Assembly (NCBI GenBank): GCA_964016885.1
Contig: OZ024741.1
Span: forward strand, 22,320,001 to 22,384,000
Reading direction: 5' to 3'
From: Eledone cirrhosa
Lineage: Eukaryota
DNA length: 64,000 bases
The notes beneath the pieces were generated by a model that saw nothing but the letters and a program-made list of their open reading frames with translations, had not been told where the DNA came from and searched no databases. Positions 23,934-38,900 of the stretch are shown here, piece by piece. Each line of letters begins with the position of its first letter. Positions within the stretch are counted from its first letter, which is position 1. Both the position numbers and the translations under genes were made by a program.

Positions 23934-26900
23934 ATTACCATATGTCTAATGAAAGACACTACCTATGTCATTAACCCTTTCATTATCATGTCTACTGAAA
24001 GACACTACCTATGTCATTAACCCTTTAATTACCATATTTCTAATGAAAGATACTGTCTATGTCATTAACCCTTTCCTTACCATATGTCTAGTGAAAAACA
24101 CTGCCTATGTCATTAACCCTTTCATTACCATATTTCTAATGAAAGACACTACCTATGTCATTAACCCTTTCATTAACATATGTCTAGTGAAAGACACTGC
24201 CTATGTCATTAACCCTTTCATTACCATATTTCTAATGAAAGACACTACCTATGTCATTAACCCTTTCATTACCATATTTCTAATGAAAGACACTACCTAT
24301 GTCATTAAACCTGTCATTACCATATTTCTAATGAAAGAAACTGTCTATTTCATTAACCCTTTCATTACAATATTTCTAATGAAAGACACTGTCTATGTCA
24401 TTAACCCTTTCATTACCATATGTCTAATGAAAGACACTGCCTATGTCATTAACCCTTTCATTACCATATTTTTAATGAAAGACACTGTCTATGTCGTTAA
24501 CCCTTTCATTACCACATGTCTAATAAAAGACACTATCTATGTCATTAACCCTTTCATTACCATATTTCTAATGAAAAACATAGTCTATGTCATTAACCCT
24601 TTCATTATCATATGTCTACTGAAAGACACTACCTATGTCATTAACCCTTTCATTACCATATTTCTAATGAAAGACACTGTCTATGTCATTAACCCTTTCA
24701 TTACCATATTTCTAGTGAAAGACACTGCCTATGTCATTAACCCTTTCATTACCATATTTCTAATGAAAGACACTGCCTATGTCATTAACACTTTCATTAC
24801 CATATTTCTAATGAAAGACACTGCCTATGTCATTAACCCTTTCATTACCATATGTCTAATGAAAGACACTACCTATGTCATTAACCCTTTCATTACCATA
24901 TTTCTAATGAAAGACACTACCTATGTCATTAACCCTTTCATTACCATATTTCTAGTGAAAGACACTACCTATGTCATTAACCCTTTCATTATCATATTTC
25001 TAATGAAAGACACTGTCTATGTCATTAACCCTTTCATTACCATATTTCTAATGAAGGACACTGTGTATGTCATTAACCCTTTCATTACCATATTTCTAGT
25101 GAAAGACACTACCTATGTCATTAACCCTTTCATTATCATATTTCTAATGAAAGACACTATCTATGTCATTAACCCTTTCATTACCATATGTCTAGTGAAA
25201 GACACTACCTTTGTCATTAACCCTTTCATTACTACATTTCTAATGAAATACACTACCTATGTCATTAACCCTTTCATTACCATATGTCTAATGAAAGACA
25301 CTACCTATGTCATTAACCCTTTCATTACCATATGTCTAGTGAAAGACACTGTCTATGTCATTAAACCTTTCATTACCATATATGTAATGAAAGACACTGT
25401 CTATGTCATTAACCCTTTCATTACCAGATATATAATGAAAGACACTGTCTATCTCATTAACCCTTTCATTACCATATTTCTAATGAAAGACACTGCCTAT
25501 GTCATCAACCCTTTCATTACCATATTTCTAATGAAAGACACTGTCTATGTCATTAACCCTTTCATTACCATATTTCTAATGAAAGACACTACCTATGTCA
25601 TTAACCCTTTCATTACAATATTTCTAATGAAAGACACTGCCTATGTCATTAACCCTTTCATTACCATATTTCTAATGAAAAACACTACCTATGTCATTAA
25701 CCCTTTCATTACCATATTTCTAATGAAAGACACTACCTATGTCATTAACCCTTTCATTACCATATTTCTAATGAAAGAGACTGCCTATGTCATTAACCCT
25801 TTCATTACCATATTTCTAATGAAAGACACTACCTATGTCATTAACCCTTTCATTACCATATTTCTAATGAAAGACACTACCTATGTCATTAACCCTTTCA
25901 TTACCATATTTCTAATGAAAGACACTGTCTATGTCATTAACCCTTTCATTACCATATTTCTAATGAAAGACACTACCTATGTCATTAACCCTTTCATTAC
26001 CATATTTCTAATGAAAGACACTGCCTGTGTCATTAACCCTTTCATTACCATTTTTCTAATGAAAGACACTGTCTATGTCATTAACCCTTTCATTACCATA
26101 TTTCTAATGAAAGACACTACCTATGTCATAAACCCTTACATTACGATATTTCTAATGAAAGACACTACCTATGTCATTAACCCTTTCATTACCATATGTC
26201 TAGTGAAAAACACTACTGATGTCATTAACCCTTTCATTACCATATTTCTAATGAAAGACACTACCTATGTCATTATCCCTTTCATTACCATATTTCTAAT
26301 GAAAGACACTACCTATGTCATTAACCCTTTCATTAGCATATTTCTAATGAAAGATACTACCTATGTCATTAACCCTTTCATTACCATATTTCTAATGAAA
26401 GACACTGCCTATGTCATTAACCCTTTCATTACCATATTTCTAATGAAAGACACTGTCTATGTCATTAACCCTTTCATTACCATATTCCTAATAAAAGACA
26501 CTATCTATGTCATTAACCCTTTCATTACCATATGTCTAATGAAAGACACTGCCTATGTCATTAACCCTTTCATTACCATATTTCTAATGAAAGACACTAC
26601 CTATCTCATTAACCCTTTCATTACCATATTTCTAATGAAAGACACTGCCTATGTCATTAACCCATTCATTACCATATTTCTAATGAAAAACACAGTCTAT
26701 GTCATTAACCCTTTCATTACCATATGTCTACTGAAAGTCACTACCTATGTCATTAACCCTTTCATTACCATATTTCTAATGAAAGGCACTGTATTTGTCA
26801 TTAACCCTTTCATTACCATATTTCTAGTGAAAGACACTGCCTATGTCATTAACCCTTTCATTAAAATATTTCTAATGAAAGACACTGCCTATGTCATTAA

Positions 26901-29900
26901 CACATTCGTTACCATATTTCTAATGAAAGACACTGCCTATGTCATTAACCCTTTCATTACCATATGTCTAGTGAAAGACACTGCCTATGTCATTAACACT
27001 TTCATTACCATATATCTAGTGAAAGACACTACCTATGTCATTAACCCTTTCATTACCATATTTCTAATGAAAGACACTGTCTATGTCATTAACTCTTTCA
27101 TTACCATGTCTAGTGAAATACACTACCTATGTCATTAACCCTTTGATTACCATATTTCTAATGAAAGACATTACCTATGTCATTAACCCTTTCATTACCA
27201 TATTTCTAATGAAAGACACTGTCTATGTCATTAACCCTTTCATTACCATAGGTCTAATGAAAGACACTACCTATGTCTTTAACCCTTTCATTACCATATT
27301 TCTAATGAAAGACACTACCTATGTCATTAACCCTTTCATTACCATATTTCTAATGAAAGACACTGTCTATGTCATTAACCCTTTCATTACCATATTTCTA
27401 ATGAAAGACACTACCTATGTCATTAACCCTTTCATTACCATATTTCTAATGAAAGACACTACCTATGTCATTAACCCTTTCATTACCATATTTCTAATGA
27501 AAGACACTGTCTATGTCATTAACCCTTTCATTACCATATTTCTAATGAAAGACACTGTCTATGTCATTAACCCTTTCATTACCATATTTCTAATGAAAGA
27601 CACTGTCTATGTCATTAACCCTTTCATTACCATATTTCTAATGAAAGACACTATCTATGTCATTAACCCTTTCATTACCATATTTCTAATGAAAGACACT
27701 GTCTATGTCATTAACCCTTTCATTACCATATTTCTAATGAAAGACACTACCTATGTCATTAACCCTTTCATTACCATATTTCTAATGAAAGACACTATCT
27801 ATGTCATTAACCCTTTCATTACCATATTTCTAATGAAAGACCCTGTCTATGTCATTAACCCTTTCATTACCATATTTCTAATGAAAGACACTGCCTATGT
27901 CATTAACCCTTTCATTACCATATTTCTAATGAAAGACACTGTCTATGTCATTAACCCTTTCAGTACCATATTTCTAATGAAAGACACTACCTATGTCATT
28001 AACCCTTTCATTACCATATGTCTATTGAAAGACACTGTCTATGTCATTAACCCTTTCAATACCATATTTCTAATGAAACACACTTTCTATGTCATTAACC
28101 CTTTCATTACCATATTTCTAATGAAAGACACTGTCTATGTCATTAACTCTTTCATTACCATGTGTAGTGAAAGACACTACCTATGTCATTAACCCTTTCA
28201 TTACCATATTTCTAATGAAAGACATTACCTATGTCATTAACCCTTTCATTACTATATTTCTAATGAAAGACACTTCCTATGTCATTAACCCTTTCATTAC
28301 CATATGTCTACTGAAAGACACTGTCTATGTCATTAACCCTTTCATTACCAGATGTCTCATGAAAGACACTACCTATGTCATTAACCCTTTCATTACCATA
28401 TTTCTAATGAAAGACACTGTCTATGTCATTAACACTTTCATTACCATATTTCTAATGAAAGACACTACCTATGTCATTAACCCTTTCATTACCATATTTC
28501 TAATGAAAGACACTGCCTATGTCATTAACCCTTTCATTACCATATTTCTAATGAAAGACACTACCTATGTCATTAACCCTTTCATTACCATATGTCTAAT
28601 AAAAGACACTATCTATGTCATTAACCCTTTCATTACGATATTTCTAATGAAAGACACTGTCTATGTCATTAACCCTTTCATTACCATATGTCTAATAAAA
28701 GACACTATCTATGTCATTAACCCTTTCATTACCATATTTCTAATGAAAAACACAGTCTATGTCATTAACCCTTTCATTACCATATGTCTAGTGAAAGACA
28801 CTGCCTATGTCATTAACACTTTCATTACCATATATCTAGTGAAAGACACTACCTATGTCATTAACCCTTTCATTACCATATTTCTAATGAAAGACACTGT
28901 CTAGGTCATTAACTCTTTCATTACCATGTCTAGTGAAAGACACTACCTATGTCATTAACCCTTTCATTACCATATTTCTAATGAAAGACACTGTCTATGT
29001 CATTAACCCTTTCCTTACCATATTTCTAATGAAAGACACTATCTATGTCATTAACCCTTTCATTACCATATTTCTAATGAAAGACACTACCTATGTCATT
29101 AACCCTTTCATTACCATATTTCTAATGAAAGACACTGTCTATGTCATTAACCCTTTCATTACCATATTTCTAATGAAAGACACTGTCTATGTCATTAACC
29201 CTTTCATTACCATATTTCTAATGAAAGACACTGTCTATGTCATTAACCCTTTCATTACCATATTTCTAATGAAAGACACTATCTATGTCATTAACCCTTT
29301 CATTACCATATTTCTAATGAAAGACACTGTCTATGTCATTAACCCTTTCATTACCATATTTCTAATGAAAGACACTGTCTATGTCATAAACCCTTTCAGT
29401 ACCATATTTCTAATGAAAGACACTACCTATGTCACTAACCCTTTCATTACCATATTTCTAATGAAAGACACTGTCTATGTCATTAACCCTTTCATTACCA
29501 TATATCTAATGAAAGACACTGTCTATGTCATTAACCCTTTCATTACCATATTTCTAATGAAAGACACTGTCTATGTCATTAACCCTTTCATTACCATATT
29601 TCTAATGAAAGACACTACCTATGTCATTAACCCTTTCATTACCATATTTCTAATGAAAGATACTACCTATGTCATTAACCCTTTCATTACCATATTTCTA
29701 ATGAAAGACACTGTCTATGTCATTAACCCTTTCATTACCATATGTCTAATAAAAGACACTATCTATGTCATTAACCCTTTCATTACCATATGTCTAATGA
29801 AAGACACTGCCTATGTCATTAACCCTTTCATTACCATATTTCTATTGAAAGACACTACCTATCTCATTAACCCTTTCATTACCATATTTCTAATGAAAGA

Positions 29901-32900
29901 CACTGCCTATGTCATTAACCCATTCATTACCATATTTCTAATGAAAAACACAGTCTATGTCATTAACCCTTTCATTACCATATGTCTACTGAAAGTCACT
30001 ACCTATGTCATTAACCCTTTCATTACCATATTTCTAATGAAAGACACTGTATTTGTCATTAACCCTTTCATTACCATATTTCTGGTGAAAGACACTGCCT
30101 ATGTCATTAACCCTTTCATTAAAATATTTCTAATGAAAGACACTGCCTATGTCATTAACACTTTCATTACCATATTTCTAATGAAAGACACTGCCTATGT
30201 CATTAACCCTTTCATTACCATATGTCTAGTGAAAGACACTGCCTATGTCATTAACACTTTCATTACCATATATCTAGTGAAAGACACTACCTATGTCATT
30301 AACCCTTTCATTACAATATTTCTAATGAAAGACACTTTCTATGTCATTAACCCTTTCATTACCATATTTCTAATGAAAGACACTGTCTATGTCATAAACT
30401 CTTTCATTACCATGTCTAGTGAAAGACACTACCTATGTCATTAACCCTTTGATTACCATATTTCTAATGAAAGACATTACCTATGTCATTAACCCTTTCA
30501 TTACCATATTTCTAATGAAAGACACTGTCTATGTCATTAACCCTTTCATTACCATATGTCTAATGAAAGACACTACCTATGTCATTAACCCTTTCATTAC
30601 CATATTTCTAATGAAAGACACTACCTATGTCATTAACCCTTTCATTACCATATTTCTAATGAAAGACACTGTCTATGTCATTAACCCTTTCATTACCATA
30701 TTTCTAAAGAAAAACACTATCTATGTCATTAACCCTTTCATTACCATATTTCTAATGAAAGACACTACCTATGTCATTAACCCTTTCATTACCATATTTC
30801 TAATGAAAGACACTACCTATGTCATTAACCCTTTCATTACCATATTTCTAATGAAAGACACTGTCTATGTCATTAACCCTTTCATTACCATATTTCTAGT
30901 GAAAGACACTGTCTATGTCATTAACCCTTTCATTACCATATTTCTAATGAAAGACACTGTCTATGTCATTAACCCTTTCATTACCATATTTCTAATGAAA
31001 GACACTGTCTATGTCATTAACCCTTTCATTACCATATTTCTAATGAAAGACACTGTCTATGTCATTAACCCTTTCATTACCATATTTCTAATGAAAGACA
31101 CTGTCTATGTCATTAACCCTTTCAGTACCATATTTCTAATGAAAGACACTACCTATGTCATTAACCCTTTCATTACCATATTTCGAATGAAAGACACTGT
31201 CTATGTCATTAACCCTTTCATTACCATATATCTAATGAAAGACACTGTCTACGTCATTAACCCTTTCATTACCATATTTCTAATGAAAGACACTATCTAT
31301 GTCATTAACCCTTTCATTACCATATTTCTAATGAAAGACCCTGTCTATGTCATTAACCCTTCATTACCATGTTTCTAATGAAAGACACTGTCTATGTCAT
31401 TAACCCTTTCAGTACCATATTTCTAATGAAAGACACTACATATGTCATTAACCCTTTCATTACCATATTTCTAATGAAAGACACTACCTATGTCATTAAC
31501 CTTTCATTACCATATTTCGAATGAAAGATACTACCTATGTCATTAACCCTTTCATTACCATATATCTAATGAAAGACACTGTCTATGTCATTAACCCTTT
31601 CATTATCATATGTCTACTGAAAGACACTGTCTATGTCATTAACCCTTTCATTACCAGATGTCTCATGAAAGACACTGTGTATGTCATTAACCCTTTCATT
31701 ACCATATTTCTAATGAAAGACACTATCTATGTCATTAACCCTTTCATTACCATATTTCTAATGAAAGACCCTGTCTATGTCATTAACCCTTTCATTACCA
31801 TATTTCTAATGAAAGACACTGCCTATGTCATTAACCCTTTCATTACCATATTTCTAATGAAAGACACTGTCTATGTCATTAACCCTTTCAGTACCATATT
31901 TCTAATGAAAGACACTACCTATGTCATTAACCCTTTCATTACCATATTTCTAATGAAAGACACTACCTATGTCATTAACCTTTCATTACCATATTTCTAA
32001 TGAAAGACACTACCTATGTCATTAACCCTTTCATTACCATATTTCAAATGAAAGACACTACCTATGTCATTAACCCTTTCATTACCATATTTCTAATGAA
32101 AGACACTGTCTATTGCATTAACCCTTTCATTACCATATTTCTAATGCAAGACACTACCTATGTCATTACCCCTTTCATTACCATATTTCTAATGAAAGAC
32201 ACTGTCTATGTCATTAACCCTTTCATTACCATATTTCTAATGAAAGACACTGTCTATGTCATTAACGCTTTCATTACCATATGTCTAATGAAAGACACTA
32301 CATATGTTCTTAACCCTTTCATAACCATATTTCTAATGAAAGACACTACCTATGTCATTAACCCTTTCATTACCATATTTCTAATGAAAGACACTGTCTA
32401 TGTCATTAACCCTTTCATTACCATATTTCTAATGAAAGACACTACCTATGTCATTAAGCCTTTCATTACCATATTTATAATGAAAGAGACTGTCTATGTC
32501 ATTAACCCTTTCATTAACATATGTCTACTGAAAGACACTGTCTATGTCATTAACCCTTTCATTACCATATTTCTAATGAAAGACACTGTCTATTGCATTA
32601 ACCCTTTCATTACCATATTTCTAATGAAAGACACTACCTATGTCATTAACCCTTTCATTACAATATTTCTAATGAAAGACACTTTCTATGTCATTAACCC
32701 TTTCATTACCATATTTCTAACGAAAGACACTGTCTATGTCATAAACTCTTTCATTACCATGTCTAGTGAAAGACACTACCTATGTCATTAACCCTTTGAT
32801 TACCATATTTCTAATGAAAGACATTACCTATGTCATTAACCCTTTCATTACCATATTTCTAATGAAAGACACTATCTATGTCATTAACCCTTTCATTACC

Positions 32901-35900
32901 ATATTTCTAATGAAAGACACTACCTATGTCATTAACCCTTTCATTACCATATTTCTAATGAAAGACACTGTCTATGTCATTAACCCTTTCATTACCATAT
33001 TTCTAATGAAAGACACTGTCTATGTCATTAACCCTTTCATTACCATATTTCTAATGAAAGACACTGTCTATGTCATTAACCCTTTCATTACGATATTTCT
33101 AATGAAAGACACTATCTATGTCATTAACCCTTTCATTACCATATTTCTAATGAAAGACACTGTCTATGTCATTAACCCTTTCATTTCCATATTTCTAATG
33201 AAAGACACTGTCTATGTCATTAACCCTTTCAGTACCATATTTCTAATGAAAGACACTACCTATGTCATTAACCCTTTCATTACCATATTTCGAATGAAAG
33301 ACACTGTCTATGTCATTAACCCTTTCATTACCATATATCTAATGAAAGACACTACCTATGTCATTAACCTTTCATTACCATATTTCGAATGAAAGACACT
33401 GTCTACGTCATTAACCCTTTCATTACCATATTTCTAATGAAAGACACTATCTATGTCATTAACCCTTTCATTACCATATTTCTAATGAAAGACCCTGTCT
33501 ATGTCATTAACCCTTCATTACCATGTTTCTAATGAAAGACACTGTCTATGTCATTAACCCTTTCAGTACCATATTTCTAATGAAAGACACTACCTATGTC
33601 ATTAACCCTTTCATTACCATATTTCTAATGAAAGACACTACCTATGTCATTAACCTTTCATTACCATATTTCGAATGAAAGATACTACCTATGTCATTAA
33701 CCCTTTCATTACCATATATCTAATGAAAGACACTGTCTATGTCATTAACCCTTTCATTACCATATGTCTACTGAAAGACACTGTCTATGTCATTAACCCT
33801 TTCATTACCAGATGTCTCATGAAAGACACTGTGTATGTCATTAACCCTTTCATTACCATATTTCTAATGAAAGGCACTGTCTATGTCATTAACCCTTTCA
33901 TTACCATATTTCTAATGAAAAACACTACCTATGTCATTAACCCTTTCATTACCATATTTCTAATGAAAGACACTGTCTATGTCATTAACCCTTTCATTAC
34001 CATATTTCTAATGAAAGACACTGTCTATGTCATTAACCTTTTCATTACCATATGTCTAATAAAAGACACTGTCTATGTAATTAACCCTTTCAGTACCATA
34101 TTTCTAATGAAAGACACTACCTATGTCATTAACCCTTTCATTACCATATTTCTAATGAAAGACACTACCTATGTCATTAACCTTTCATTACCATATTTCT
34201 AATGAAAGACACTACCTATGTCATTAACCCTTTCATTACCATATTTCAAATGAAAGACACTACCTATGTCATTAACCCTTTCATTACCATATTTCTAATG
34301 AAAGACACTGTCTATTGCATTAACCCTTTCATTACCATATTTCTAATGCAAGACACTACCTATGTCATTACCCCTTTCATTACCATATTTCTAATGAAAG
34401 ACACTGTCTATGTCATTAACCCTTTCATTACCATATTTCTAATGAAAGACACTGTCTATGTCATTAACGCTTTCATTACCATATGTCTAATGAAAGACAC
34501 TACATATGTTCTTAACCCTTTCATAACCATATTTCTAATGAAAGACACTACCTATGTCATTAACCCTTTCATTACCATATTTCTAATGAAAGACACTGTC
34601 TATGTCATTAACCCTTTCATTACCATATTTCTAATGAAAGACACTACCTATGTCATTAAGCCTTTCATTACCATATTTATAATGAAAGACACTACCTATG
34701 TCATTAACCCTTTCATTACCATATTTCTAATGAAAGACACTACCTATGTCATTAACCCTTTCATTACCATATTTCTAATGAAAGACACTGTCTATGTCAT
34801 TAACCCTTTCATTACCATATTTCTAATGAAAGACACTGTCTATGTCATTAACCCTTTCATTACCATATTTCTAATGAAAGACACTGTCTATGTCATTAAC
34901 CCTTTCATTACCATATTTCTAATGAAAGACACTATCTATGTCATTAACCCTTTCATTACCATATTTCTAATGAAAGACACTGTCTATGTCATTAACCCTT
35001 TCATTACCATATTTCTAATGAAAGACACTGTCTATGTCATTAACCCTTTCAGTACCATATTTCTAATGAAAGACACTACCTATGTCATTAACCCTTTCAT
35101 TACCATATTTCGAATGAAAGACACTGTCTATGTCATTAACCCTTTCATTACCATATATCTAATGAAAGACACTGTCTACGTCATTAACCCTTTCATTACC
35201 ATATTTCTAATGAAAGACACTATCTATGTTATTAACCCTTTCATTACCATATTTCTAACGAAAGACCCTGTCTATGTCATTAACCCTTCATTACCATGTT
35301 TCTAATGAAAGACACTGTCTATGTCATTAACCCTTTCAGTACCATATTTCTAATGAAAGACACTACCTATGTCATTAACCCTTTCATTACCATATTTCGA
35401 ATGAAAGATACTACCTATGTCATTAACCCTTTCATTACCATATATCTAATGAAAGACACTGTCTATGTCATTAACCCTTTCATTACCATATGTCTACTGA
35501 AAGACACTGTCTATGTCATTAACCCTTTCATTACCAGATGTCTCATGAAAGACACTGTGTATGTCATTAACCCTTTCATTACCATATTTCTAATGAAAGA
35601 CACTGTCTATGTCATTAACCCTTTCATTACCATATTTCTAATGAAAAACACTACCTATGTCATTAACCCTTTCATTACCATATTTCTAATGAAAGACACT
35701 GCCTATGTCATTAACCCTTTCATTACCATATTTCTAATGAAACACACTGTCTATGTCATTAACTCTTTCATTACCATATGTCTAATAACAGACACTGTCT
35801 ATGTCATTAACCCTTTCAGTACCATATTTCTAATGAAAGACACTACCTATGTCATTAACCCTTTCATTACCATATTTCTAATGAAAGACACTACCTATGT

Positions 35901-38900
35901 CATTAACCTTTCATTGCCATATTTCTAATGAAAGACACTACCTATGTCATTAACCCTTTCATTACCATATTTCAAATGAAAGACACTACCTATGTCATTA
36001 ACCCTTTCATTACCGTATTTCTAATGAAAGACACTGTCTATTGCATTAACCCTTTCATTACCATATTTCTAATGCAAGACACTACCTATGTCATTACCCC
36101 TTTCATTACCATATTTCTAATGAAAGACACTGTCTATGTCATTAACCCTTTCATTACCATATTTCTAATGAAAGACACTGTCTATGTCATTAACGCTTTC
36201 ATTACCATATGTCTAATGAAAGACACTACATATGTTCTTAACCCTTTCATAACCATATTTCTAATGAAAGACACTACCTATGTCATTAACCCTTTCATTA
36301 CCATATTTCTAATGAAAGACACTGTCTATGTCATTAACCCTTTCATTACCATATTTCTAATGAAAGACACTACCTATGTCATTAAGCCTTTCATTACCAT
36401 TTTTATAATGAAAGAGACTGTCTATGTCATTAACCCTTTCATTAACATATGTCTACTGAAAGACACTGTCTATGTCATTAACCCTTTCATTACCATATTT
36501 CTAATGAAAGACACTGTCTATTGCATTAACCCTTTCATTACCATATTTCTAATGAAAGACACTGTCTATATCATTAACCCTTTCATTACCATATGTCTAA
36601 TGAGAGACACTGCCTATGTCATTAACCCTTTCATTACCATATTTCTAATGAAAGACACTGTCTATGTCATTAACCCTTTCATTACCATATTTCTAATGAA
36701 AGACATTGTCTATGTCATTAACCCTTTCATTACCATATTTCTAATGAAAGACACTACCTATGTCATTAACCCTTTCATTACCATATTTATAATGTAAGAC
36801 ACTGTCTATTGCATTAACCCTTTCATTACCATATTTCTAATGAAAGACACTGTTATATCATTAACCCTTTCATTACCATATGTCTAATGAAAGACACTGC
36901 CTATGTCATTAACCCTTTCATTACAATATTTCTAATGAAAGAGACTGTCTATGTCATTAACCCTTTCATTACCATATGTCTACTGAAAGACACTGTCTAT
37001 GTCATTAACGCTTTCATTACCATATTTCTAATGAATGACACTAGCTATGTCATTAACCCTTTCATTACCATATTTCTAATGAAAGACACTACCTATGTCA
37101 TTAACCCTTTCATTACCATATTTCTAATGAAAGACACTGTCTATATCATTAACCCTTTCATTACCATATTTCTAATGAAAGACACTGTCTATGTCATTAA
37201 CCCTTTCATTACCATATTTCTAATGAAAGACACTGTCTATGTCATTAACCCTTTCATTACCATATTTCTAATGAAAGACACTAACGATGTCATTAACCCT
37301 TTGATTACCATATTTCTAATGAAATACACTACCTATGTCATTAACCCTTTCATTACCATATTTCTAATGAAAGACACTGTCTATGTCATTAACCCTTTCA
37401 TTACCATATTTCTAATAAAAGACACTACCTATGTCATTAACCCTTTCATTACCATATTTATAATGAAAGACACTGTCTATTGCATTAACCCTTTCATTAC
37501 CATATTTCTAATGAAAGACACTGCCTATGTCATTAACCCTTTCATTACCATATTTCTAATGAAAGACACTGTCTATGTCATTAACCCTTTCATTACCATA
37601 TTTATAATGAAAGACACTGCCTATGTCATTAACCCTTTCTTTACCATATGTCTAATGAAAGACACTGCCTATGTCATTAACCCTTTCATTACAATATTTC
37701 TAATGAAAGAGACTGTCTATGTCATTAACCCTTTCATTACCATATGTCTACTGAAAGACACTGTCTATATCATTAACCCTTTCATTACCATATTTCTATT
37801 GAAAGACACTATCTATGTCATTAACCCTTTCGTTACCATATTTCTAATGAATGACACTAGCTATGTCATTAACCCTTTCATTACCATATTTCTAATGAAA
37901 GACACTACCTATGTCATTAACCCTTTCATTACCATATTTCTAATGAAAGACACTGTCTATGTCATTAACCCTTTCATTACCATATTTCTAATGAAAGACA
38001 CTGTCTATGTCATTAACCCTTTCATTACCATATTTCTAATGAAAGACACTATCTATGTCATTAACCCTTTCATTACCATATTTCTAATGAAAGACACTGT
38101 CTATGTCATTAACTCTTTCATTACCATATGTCTAATAACAGACACTGTCTATGTCATTAACCCTTTCAGTACCATATTTCTAATGAAAGACACTACCTAT
38201 GTCATTAACCCTTTCATTACCATATTTCTAATGAAAGACACTACCTATGTCATTAACCTTTCATTGCCATATTTCTAATGAAAGACACTACCTATGTCAT
38301 TAACCCTTTCATTACCATATTTCAAATGAAAGACACTACCTATGTCATTAACCCTTTCATTACCATATTTCTAATGAAAGACACTGTCTATTGCATTAAC
38401 CCTTTCATTACCATATTTCTAATGCAAGACACTACCTATGTCATTACCCCTTTCATTACCATATTTCTAATGAAAGACACTGTCTATGTCATTAACCCTT
38501 TCATTACCATATTTCTAATGAAAGACACTGTCTATGTCATTAACGCTTTCATTACCATATGTCTAATGAAAGACACTACATATGTTCTTAACCCTTTCAT
38601 AACCATATTTCTAATGAAAGACACTATCTATGTCATTAACCCTTTCATTACCATATTTCTAATGAAAGACACTGTCTATGTCATTAACCCTTTCATTACC
38701 ATATTTCTAATGAAAGACACTACCTATGTCATTAAGCCTTTCATTACCATATTTATAATGAAAGAGACTGTCTATGTCATTAACCCTTTCATTAACATAT
38801 GTCTACTGAAAGACACTGTCTATGTCATTAACCCTTTCATTACCATATTTCTAATGAAAGACACTGTCTATTGCATTAACCCTTTCATTACCATATTTCT

